From a virus (taxonomy: Duplodnaviria; Caudoviricetes), in the IMG/VR virus record IMGVR_UViG_3300025528_000275, positions 1-31,404 of that record: DNA of 31,404 nucleotides. One strand, written 5' to 3'. This document shows positions 8,009 to 15,582 of the stretch, in pieces. A program made the translations under genes and the position numbers. The notes beneath the pieces were generated by a model. That model searched no databases. It was not told the origin of the DNA and worked only from the letters and a program-made list of their open reading frames with translations. How positions within the stretch are numbered: the first letter of the stretch is position 1; each line of letters starts with the position of its first letter.

Positions 8009-8893
8009 ATGACCACCCCCATGAGCACGCCGCCGCCCGCCGACGCGCCACCGCAGGAGCTCAGGCCGATCGTGTCCAAAGCGGCCGCGCTGCACCAGCG
8101 TCTCGGCGAGCTGGAGACGGCGCAGAAAAAACCCATCCAGATCCGGGCACTGGCGGCGCTCGTGCTGTACGAGTACTACGAGTACCCCATCGCGGAGATC
8201 TGCCGGGAGATGGGCACGAGCCGGAACACCTGGGACCGGAACATCTACCCCCACGCGCCGGTGGACCCGGCGATGCTGCCGGACTGGGACAAGGACGAGG
8301 CGCTGGAGCGTCTCCGCGGCGCGGTCGCCGAACGTGAACGGCTCCTCGCCGAGGAGGTCCGCGCCGCGGAGGAGCGGGACGAGGCGATCCGCACCCTGGC
8401 CAGGTCCGCGTCCACCTGGCAGGTGTCCACATGGACTGGGATATCCCAGCGGCAGATCCACACGATCGCGAACACCGAGCCGCTCGACGGGCGGTGGGTG
8501 ACGCTCTGGGAGGCCGCCGGGCTGCTCGGTGTCACGGTCGGAAGAATCTGGGACGCCCGCAACTCCGACCGGAAACGCGGCCGTCCCCTGCCCGAGATCC
8601 TCAGATACCGGGGCCGGATCCCAATGATGGACCGCGAGCAGCTCATCCACTGGTGGGAGGGCCACCTCCACCACTGGCTGCAATCCATGCACGAGGTGGC
8701 CGAGCATATCGGCCGCGCCACCGGCCAGCAGCCGACCTATGACCAGGTGGCGAACTGGTTGCGCGCCATGCGCCGCACCGGCCGTGACAGCCGCGTCAGG
8801 ATGGTGCGGGACGGCCGGGCCATCCTGTTCGAGCCGGAAAGCACGCTCCGGGCGTGGCTTGAGGACCATCCGAAGGCTCGCGCCCGCAGGTGA
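8009..8893 (+). CDS. Multi-HTH DNA-binding protein
   Basis: HTH-like segments PIAEICREMGTSRNTW, STWQVSTWTGISQRQIHTI, VTLWEAAGLLGVTVGRIW, SMHEVAEHIG...TYDQVANW; strong RBS. Confidence 0.8.
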   Translation: MTTPMSTPPPADAPPQELRPIVSKAAALHQRLGELETAQKKPIQIRALAALVLYEYYEYPIAEICREMGTSRNTWDRNIYPHAPVDPAMLPDWDKDEALERLRGAVAERERLLAEEVRAAEERDEAIRTLARSASTWQVSTWTGISQRQIHTIANTEPLDGRWVTLWEAAGLLGVTVGRIWDARNSDRKRGRPLPEILRYRGRIPMMDREQLIHWWEGHLHHWLQSMHEVAEHIGRATGQQPTYDQVANWLRAMRRTGRDSRVRMVRDGRAILFEPESTLRAWLEDHPKARARR

Positions 8894-9005
8894 GAATCCC
8901 GCCGATGCTGTCGGCCACGCCGTCTACCCTCGGATCAAGCGCCTTGCCTTCGACGCGGGGCGCGCTACCGACCAGAGCAGCACCACGCCGCTCCGGCCCC
9001 GGGTG

Positions 9006-9032
9006 GACGTAAACCGCCCGGGGCCGCAGCAT
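9006..9032 (+). promoter_or_regulatory. Late-promoter-like element GACGTAA-N14-CAGCAT
   Basis: One-mismatch copy of GACGTTA with the same 14-nt spacing to a YAnnnT hexamer; 7 nt upstream of ATG 9040. Confidence 0.55.
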
Positions 9033-9039
9033 GCCGGGC

Positions 9040-9183
9040 ATGATCGCCTGCAACACCGTCGTCACCTGCCCCCACTGCGACATGGTCGTCACGCTCGGCG
9101 TGGTGAACGCCGAGCAGGTGGAGCGGGCGCTCACCCTTCACCTCCGGTACGGCTGTACCTCCGCGCTCCTGCCCGTCGTCTAG
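9040..9183 (+). CDS. Small C2HC zinc-finger-like protein (47 aa; 50 aa if start 9031)
   Basis: Manual translation MIACNTVVTCPHCDMVVTLGVVNAEQVERALTLHLRYGCTSALLPVV*; high GC3; ends 9 nt before terL start. Below the ORF track length cutoff. Confidence 0.65.
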   Translation: MIACNTVVTCPHCDMVVTLGVVNAEQVERALTLHLRYGCTSALLPVV

Positions 9184-9192
9184 GGGTGGCCT

Positions 9193-12096
9193 GTGGGTGT
9201 GCTCGCCGTACCGGCCGTGCCGCCGTCGGTGCCGCCGCCCGGCGCCGACCGGCGGAGCATCCTCGCCAAACGCATGTTCGAGGATCTGATGGCGATCCCG
9301 CCGGAGGAACGCCGGCTGCTGCTTGAGGAGCTTCCCGACCGGGAGCTTCGCGAGGTTCTGGCCGCGGCGAACCGTGTCGCGGGGACGACGTACGCGGTGT
9401 GGCAGGACGACCCGGTCGGGTTCTCCGAGCAGGTTCTCGGGTCGGTGGTGTGGTCGATCCCGCGCCGGTTCATGATGGCGCTCACCCGGCACAAGAAGGT
9501 CGCCGTCCCATCCTGCTTCGGCTCCTCCAAGTGTTTGCCACATAGTGAACCTATGCAACTTGCGGATGGTTCTCTGGTAACCGCTGGAGAGCTGGTCGCA
9601 AGGCGGGAATTCCACGTCCTCGGATGGCAGGAAGACGGCACGCAGACGGTCCGCCGTGCCCGAGCCGAGTGGAACCAGATCGAACCTGTCTACCGGCTCA
9701 CCTCCGAAAGCGGGCGCACGATCGTGCGTAACGGCCGCCACCCGCTGTGGGCGGCGCGGGCCGTACGCAAGAGCCGCCCGATCCGCGCCGACGGCACCTA
9801 CAGCACCGGCCTTGTCCCCGAGAACATCGGCTGGAAGCCGATCGCCGAACTCGACCCCGCCCATGACCTGGTGCTGGTGCCCGAAGCGGTCCACACCGTG
9901 GGCGACGGCTGGATGCGCCACGAAGAGGCCGTCTTACTCGGCTACCTGCTCGGCGACGGCGGCACCACGCAGGGCATCCGCTTCGCCCAGATGCCCGGCC
10001 CCGCCTTGGACGAGTTCATCCGCTGCGCGGAAGCCCTGGGTGCCCGCGCCGTCATCCTGGACCCCAAGAAGCCAGGGCAGAAGCACGTCGAGGTCATGGT
10101 GCGCACCAACGGCGACACCAAGACGAACCCGGTTCTCGACCTGGCCCGCCGGTGGGGCATCTACGGCTGCAAGGCCACCGAGAAGCGCGTGCCAGCCGAG
10201 GTGTTCCGCATGCACCCGAGCGTGATCGCGACCATCGCGGGCCGCCTGTTCTCCTGCGACGGCTACGTGCACGTTCGCACCGAGCGCAGGCAGAAGGACC
10301 GCAAGCGGGCGATCAACGAGGCGCACCTGTCCATCACCCTCACGAACGAAGGGCTGATCAGGGACTTCCAGCGGCTCATGCTGCGGCTCGGCATCCCCGG
10401 CACCGTGCGCCCGGTCAAGGGCAACTGGCAGGGCAAGCAATTCACCGCCTGGCAGTGGGTGGTCACCACTGCGAAGGAAATCCTGCGGTTCGCCGAGCTG
10501 ATCGACGCCCCGGCCAAGAACGACAAGATCCGGCTCGCCGCCGAGGTCGCCTCACGGCGCAAGTTCTCCTGGCAGTGGCAGTACCGCGACGCGCCGCCCG
10601 GGTACCGGTGGGAGCGCATCAAGAGCATCGAGGAGCTGCCGCCCACGCAGACCGTCGCCATCGAGGTCGACGTCGACCACACGTGGGTCGACCTCTTCGT
10701 GGAGCACAACACCTACTCGTGCGGGCAGATCGTGCTGTGGCATTCGCTGGTGTTCCCGGTGGGTACCGCGGTGACCGTCACCCTCGCCCCCCTGTGGCGG
10801 CAGGTCGTCCGGCAGCTGTGGCGTGAGGTCCGCGCCGCGCACTCCCGCGCCGGCCTCCCCGGCGTCATCGACATGGCCCAGTACAAGCTTCCCGACGCCC
10901 GCGGGATGGACACCGTCGTCGCCTACGGCATCGCCGCGGCGCCGTGGAACGAGGTCGCGGTCCAGGGCATCCACGCCAACAAGCTGTTGCTCGTGGTGGA
11001 GGAGGCCGGTGGTATCGCCCACACCATCGGCAACAACTTGGCGGGTCTGCTCGTCGGCGACGCGAGGATGATCGCGATCGGGAACCCGCCCACCGACGAG
11101 GTGGGCACGTGGTTCGAGAAGCTGTGCAACGACCCCTCGGTGTGCACGATCCCGATCAGCGCGTACGACACGCCGAACCTGACCGGGGAGCCGCTTGGGG
11201 AGTGCCAGGCGTGCCCCGGCGGCGGGCACACCCCGGCCAAGCACATGGTGGACGCCGAGTGGATCGAATCCACCATCCGCACCCACGGCCCGGACTCCAA
11301 CTACGTGCGCGCCAAGGTGCACGCGCGTTTCCCGAAGGGGTCGCCGAACGCGGTCATCCCCGCCGACTGGGTGGAGCTCGCCCGCGGCCAGGACGAGCCC
11401 GCCGGCGGGGTCCGGTTGTGCGACCTGGGGCTCGAGGATGAAACCGCCGAGTGGCGGGTCCAGCGTGGGGCGTGGGTCCGGCTGGGGGTGGACGTCGCGT
11501 CCGATGGCGGGGATGAGCTCGTCGTCGGCCGGTGCGTGGGTGATCTGCTCACTGTTGAGCACGTCTCATCCGGGCCGGAACTCGCGAACGCCGTGGACGT
11601 GGCGGGTATCGTGCTTCGGGAGATCCGCCGCGCCGAGGCCCTGCGGCAGGCGCTCGGCACCGCGGCGCCCGTGCGGGTCAAGGTGGACTCCATCGGTGTC
11701 GGCTGGGGTGTCGCGTCGCTTCTGTCCCGGTGGGGAAGTGAGGGGGTGCACGGCGCGGAAATCGTCGCCGTGGATGTCGCCGAGCGGCCCGGCCGTGACC
11801 CGGACGAGGCCACCCTCAGGCCCGCCAATCAGCGGGCGGAAATGTGGCTCGCCGGCCGCTCGCTGATCCAGCCGGGGCGGGACGGCCGTACCGGTGTCCG
11901 GTTGCGGATCGACGACTTGACCGCGGCCCAGCTCTCAAGCCCGAAATTGACGACGGACAGTAAGGGTGACAGCAGGGTGGAGCGTAAAGCGGACATGAAA
12001 AAGCGGGGGGTGTCCAGCCCTGACCGGGCCGAAGGTCTGCTGCTCGCCCCCTATGAACCGGCCGTTGACGGTACCGTGCGCCTACTGGTCGGATAG
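9193..12096 (+). CDS. terL: Terminase large subunit containing an intein (967 aa precursor, 574 aa spliced)
   Basis: Walker A VAVPSCFGSSK/T, Walker B LLVVEEA, motif III IGNP, RNase H-like nuclease LGVDVASDGGDE and SPDRAE. Confidence 0.93.
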   Translation: MGVLAVPAVPPSVPPPGADRRSILAKRMFEDLMAIPPEERRLLLEELPDRELREVLAAANRVAGTTYAVWQDDPVGFSEQVLGSVVWSIPRRFMMALTRHKKVAVPSCFGSSKCLPHSEPMQLADGSLVTAGELVARREFHVLGWQEDGTQTVRRARAEWNQIEPVYRLTSESGRTIVRNGRHPLWAARAVRKSRPIRADGTYSTGLVPENIGWKPIAELDPAHDLVLVPEAVHTVGDGWMRHEEAVLLGYLLGDGGTTQGIRFAQMPGPALDEFIRCAEALGARAVILDPKKPGQKHVEVMVRTNGDTKTNPVLDLARRWGIYGCKATEKRVPAEVFRMHPSVIATIAGRLFSCDGYVHVRTERRQKDRKRAINEAHLSITLTNEGLIRDFQRLMLRLGIPGTVRPVKGNWQGKQFTAWQWVVTTAKEILRFAELIDAPAKNDKIRLAAEVASRRKFSWQWQYRDAPPGYRWERIKSIEELPPTQTVAIEVDVDHTWVDLFVEHNTYSCGQIVLWHSLVFPVGTAVTVTLAPLWRQVVRQLWREVRAAHSRAGLPGVIDMAQYKLPDARGMDTVVAYGIAAAPWNEVAVQGIHANKLLLVVEEAGGIAHTIGNNLAGLLVGDARMIAIGNPPTDEVGTWFEKLCNDPSVCTIPISAYDTPNLTGEPLGECQACPGGGHTPAKHMVDAEWIESTIRTHGPDSNYVRAKVHARFPKGSPNAVIPADWVELARGQDEPAGGVRLCDLGLEDETAEWRVQRGAWVRLGVDVASDGGDELVVGRCVGDLLTVEHVSSGPELANAVDVAGIVLREIRRAEALRQALGTAAPVRVKVDSIGVGWGVASLLSRWGSEGVHGAEIVAVDVAERPGRDPDEATLRPANQRAEMWLAGRSLIQPGRDGRTGVRLRIDDLTAAQLSSPKLTTDSKGDSRVERKADMKKRGVSSPDRAEGLLLAPYEPAVDGTVRLLVG
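9532..10710 (+). mobile_element. Intein with LAGLIDADG homing endonuclease (393 aa)
   Basis: Starts CLPHSEPMQLADG, block B NGRHPLW, LAGLIDADG helices LLGYLLGDGG and IAGRLFSCDG, ends VEHN followed by +1 Thr; removal restores GSSKT. Confidence 0.95.
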
Positions 12097-12345
12097 GTTT
12101 ACACACGTAGCCGGATTGTTACGAACGAATACTTGCGGGTCGCGCAAAAAGACACGCCCGTGCCGTCCTTTACCGGCGATGTGACGCCTGTGTACCTTTG
12201 CCCATAAGTCACCCCTCTCGGGTGGGTGTGCTTCCCCTAACGTCAACCCGCCGGGCATGCGCGCCCGCGCACGTCAACTACAGGTTGACCCTTCCCCAAC
12301 GAGGACCACTCACCCCGGGGGAAACCCGACAGAGGGAGAACTCAT

Positions 12346-12774
12346 ATGAAGAACCAGGCGGGAGAGCATGATTTCCGAGTCGCCGTGTCGCTCCCCGTCC
12401 CCCTTGATGTGGTGCGCCCCATCCTGGCATGCGGGTTCATCACGATCCCCCACGACCTTCAGGGCATCCCGGATTACGTCGAGGGCATGCCGCTCCCCGT
12501 GCTGGACGTGTACTGCGAAAAGTGCCGTGTCAGCTACGAGGACGCGATCCTCTACCACCCCATATGTCCGGCCGACAACCCCACCACGCGCACACACCTG
12601 CGCGGCGGCCGCCGTGAACGCGCCCCCCGAATCCGTCCCGCACCTGGCACCACCGCCGCCGAGGTCGCGGCGCGGCAGCAGCACCAGCATGCGCTCCGGA
12701 CCGGAGCACGCCTCACCCTCCAGCGCGAGGACGTCGCCGGCATGCAGCGGTCCCGCATACAGGGCCTCGTGTAG
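12346..12774 (+). CDS. Hypothetical protein with CxxC...C...H motif
   Basis: AGGGAG RBS; DVYCEKCRVSYED...PICP...HLRGG; sits between terL and portal. Confidence 0.7.
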   Translation: MKNQAGEHDFRVAVSLPVPLDVVRPILACGFITIPHDLQGIPDYVEGMPLPVLDVYCEKCRVSYEDAILYHPICPADNPTTRTHLRGGRRERAPRIRPAPGTTAAEVAARQQHQHALRTGARLTLQREDVAGMQRSRIQGLV

Positions 12775-12809
12775 CGTCCTGCCGCCCCTCCCCCCCACAG
12801 GTGCGGCGA

Positions 12810-12836
12810 GACGTTAGCCTCTGATCCACCTACCGT
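12810..12836 (+). promoter_or_regulatory. Late-promoter-like element GACGTTA-N14-TACCGT
   Basis: Upstream of membrane-protein and portal genes; GGCGAGACGTTAGCC (12805-12819) is identical to 4870-4884. Confidence 0.65.
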
Positions 12837-12881
12837 GCCCCGTGCCGCGGCCAACCCACGGCCGGGCACGGGGGGTCAGAG

Positions 12882-13082
12882 GTGTACACACAGCAGCAGC
12901 GAAACGTCATCAGCCCGCGCGTGGTGCGGGAGATCATCGGCCTGGCCCTGATGATCCTCGGGGCCGCCGCCACCGTCGTCTCCGTGGCCGTCTGGTGGCA
13001 CCCGATGGCCGGGCTGTTCCTGGCCGGCGTCTACCTGCTCGGCGCCGGATGGTTCCTCGCGTCGGCCACCATCGGCGAGTAG
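12882..13082 (+). CDS. Small two-TM membrane protein
   Basis: Hydrophobic runs IIGLALMILGAAATVVSVAVWW and AGLFLAGVYLLGAGWFLA; immediately before portal. Confidence 0.75.
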   Translation: MYTQQQRNVISPRVVREIIGLALMILGAAATVVSVAVWWHPMAGLFLAGVYLLGAGWFLASATIGE

Positions 13083-13098
13083 CAGGGGGGTTGGACAG

Positions 13099-15513
13099 GT
13101 GGCGCGACGCATACTCCTGCCTGCCCTCCGCGGCCTGGAAACCAAGAACCTCGGCTACGGCTTCGAGCATCCCGCGGCCTGGTTCAACCAGATGACCGCC
13201 GCGGCACGGCGGGCCTGGCCGATCGACCGCGCCGTGGCCGAAGGCATCGAACGCACCGTGTGGGTGTTCAAGGCGGTCAACTCGATCTCCTCGCACGCCG
13301 CCCGGCAACCTGTGCAGGTGCTCGACGGCGACGGCGAACCCGTCGACGGCCACCCGCTCGCCGAACTGCTGAACACCGGCAAGGTCAACCCTCTGGAGAC
13401 CGCCCGCCAGTTCCGTAAACGCCTGTCCGCCCAAATCCTGCTGTCACCGTTCGGCGCGTTCGTGGAGGTCACACGGAACCGGCGCGGCGTGCCCGTGCGG
13501 CTCGACCTGCTGCCGCCGGGCCGTACCCGGCCCGTGCCGGCGGCGACCGGCGCAAACCTTTTGTCCCACTTCGAGACGATCACCCCGACCGGCACCCGTG
13601 TCCCGATCGACCCCGAAAACGTGCTCTGGTTCCGTGACCCGCACCCCACCGACCCGTTCCGCGGGATCACCCCGATGGAAGCCGCCGGCATGTCGGTGGA
13701 CCTGGACTACCTGTCCAAGCTCTACAACGTGATCTTCCTGCGGAACGACGGCCGCCCGTCCACCGTCGTCGGGGTGGAGGGCAGGCTCTCCCCGGACGAG
13801 GCCGAGCGTATCCAGCGCGCCTTCGGGCAGGGTCCGCTCGAGTCCGGCAAGGTGTACGTGGTCAACGGGAAGATCTCGTTGCAGGACCTCGGCGCACGCC
13901 CCCGCGACATGTCCTACAGCGAGATGTCCGCCCGCGCCAAAGAGGAAGTGCTCGCCGCGTTCGGCGTGGGCGAGACCGTGCTCGGCAACGCCTCAGGCAG
14001 GACGTTCGACAACGCCGACGCAGAGCTGTTCCAGTTCTGGTCGATCACGATGGTCGCCCACATGGACATCATCGCCACCGGGTTCGAGCCCCTGCTCGAG
14101 CCTGGGGAGACGCTGTGGCACGACACCAGCGACATCGAGGTGCTGCGCCGCGCCGAGGAGGCCCGCCGCCGCGAGGCCCGCGAGGAGGTCGCCGCCGGCC
14201 TGCTCAGCATCGACGAGTACCGGCAGATCGCCGGGCACGAGCCGATCGACAACCCGCACACCCGCGCGCTGTGGATGACCCAGGGCAAGTCGCCGATCCC
14301 CACCCGGGAAGAGGACGCAGTGCCGCTCGGTGTGGCGTTGCCGACCGACGACACCGCCGCACCCGGCGAGCCGCCCGCCGAGCCGCCCGCCGAGCAGCCC
14401 GAAGGGGAGGGTGTGCCGGGCGTGGTCGAATCCCCCGCGGACGGCACCAGCGACGGCGCCACACCCGAGCCGGACACGTTCGACCCGTCCGACCAGGCCA
14501 CCCGGGACGCCTTCACCGTGCTCCAGGGCGTCATCGACGAGACGTTCCAGACCAAGGCCATCGACCCGGCCGACCCTGAGGCCCAGGCCGAGGAGGATCT
14601 GCGGGAGCAGCTTGCCGCGCTGACCAGGCGGCTTGTGGAGCGCACCGCGGCCCGCCTCAACTCGCCCAAAACCCGCAAGGGCACCAGGCATTTCGAGCCG
14701 GAACCCGCCTACGAGGTGGACACCCGCGTCGGTGACGCCCCGCTGGACGCCGAGCGGATCGCCGACGCCGAGCAGTGGCGGCAGGAGGCCGAGGACACCC
14801 TCGGCCCGCTCGTCGCCGCGGCCGCGGCCGCCGCGATCCTCGCTCTCGGCATCCCCGGCCTCCCCGGCCTCCCCGGCATGCCGGGGATCCCCGGGGTTTC
14901 GCTGCCGCGCACGGCGGGCAGGCTCGCCGCGGCAGCGCTCCGCCCCCGCCGCACCACCACACCCGCCGCGCCGGGGGTGGCGCCCGCCGCGCCGCCCGGC
15001 GGGGACGACAACAGCCCGGACGCCGTCGCCGCACGCATCCGGCAGGCCGCGGCCGAGGCCGCGCACCACGCCACCAGGTGGCTCGCCGACCAGTTCGCCC
15101 AGGCCGCCGCGAAACTCGGCGAGCTCATCGCGGCCGGCGACCGGGACGGCCGCACCGTCGCCGAGATCACCGCCACCCTGCGCTCCCAAACCCCCACCCT
15201 GGAGCGGTGGGCCGAGCATGTCGCGAACCGCATCACCGTTCACACGGTGCACGCCGTGCAGGTCGCCGCGGCCCGGATTCTGGTGGCCGCGGGCGGCATG
15301 GCGACCGCGGTGTGGACCACCATGCTCGACGACCGGGTACGGCCCACGCACGCGGCCGCGCACGGGCAGGCCCGCCCCGCCGGGGAGAAATTCCAGGTAG
15401 GTAAGGCGAGACTGCGGTGGCCGCGAGACATCGAAGGACCGCCCGAAGAGGTGATCAACTGCCGCTGCCGGCTCAGGTGGATGATCTCCCCGCCCTGGTC
15501 GTCTGCGGCGTGA
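13099..15513 (+). CDS. HK97-family portal protein fused to C-terminal MuF-like (Mu gpF/SPP1 gp7) domain
   Basis: Portal motifs VFKAVNSIS, HPLAELLN...NP, FRGITPM, AFGV...LG, LSIDEYRQIAGHEP; MuF tail WTTMLDDRVRPTH...GEKFQVG...LRWPRD...EVINCRC. Confidence 0.9.
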   Translation: MARRILLPALRGLETKNLGYGFEHPAAWFNQMTAAARRAWPIDRAVAEGIERTVWVFKAVNSISSHAARQPVQVLDGDGEPVDGHPLAELLNTGKVNPLETARQFRKRLSAQILLSPFGAFVEVTRNRRGVPVRLDLLPPGRTRPVPAATGANLLSHFETITPTGTRVPIDPENVLWFRDPHPTDPFRGITPMEAAGMSVDLDYLSKLYNVIFLRNDGRPSTVVGVEGRLSPDEAERIQRAFGQGPLESGKVYVVNGKISLQDLGARPRDMSYSEMSARAKEEVLAAFGVGETVLGNASGRTFDNADAELFQFWSITMVAHMDIIATGFEPLLEPGETLWHDTSDIEVLRRAEEARRREAREEVAAGLLSIDEYRQIAGHEPIDNPHTRALWMTQGKSPIPTREEDAVPLGVALPTDDTAAPGEPPAEPPAEQPEGEGVPGVVESPADGTSDGATPEPDTFDPSDQATRDAFTVLQGVIDETFQTKAIDPADPEAQAEEDLREQLAALTRRLVERTAARLNSPKTRKGTRHFEPEPAYEVDTRVGDAPLDAERIADAEQWRQEAEDTLGPLVAAAAAAAILALGIPGLPGLPGMPGIPGVSLPRTAGRLAAAALRPRRTTTPAAPGVAPAAPPGGDDNSPDAVAARIRQAAAEAAHHATRWLADQFAQAAAKLGELIAAGDRDGRTVAEITATLRSQTPTLERWAEHVANRITVHTVHAVQVAAARILVAAGGMATAVWTTMLDDRVRPTHAAAHGQARPAGEKFQVGKARLRWPRDIEGPPEEVINCRCRLRWMISPPWSSAA

Positions 15514-15538
15514 CGTTAACCCGAAGGCTTGGCACCCT
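15512..15538 (+). promoter_or_regulatory. Late-promoter-like element GACGTTA-N14-CACCCT
   Basis: Overlaps the portal stop codon, upstream of probable TTG 15583 of the giant gene. Confidence 0.6.
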
Positions 15539-15582
15539 GCACCCCGCACCATCGGCCATCAACTCGATCCGCGGGGGCAGGG

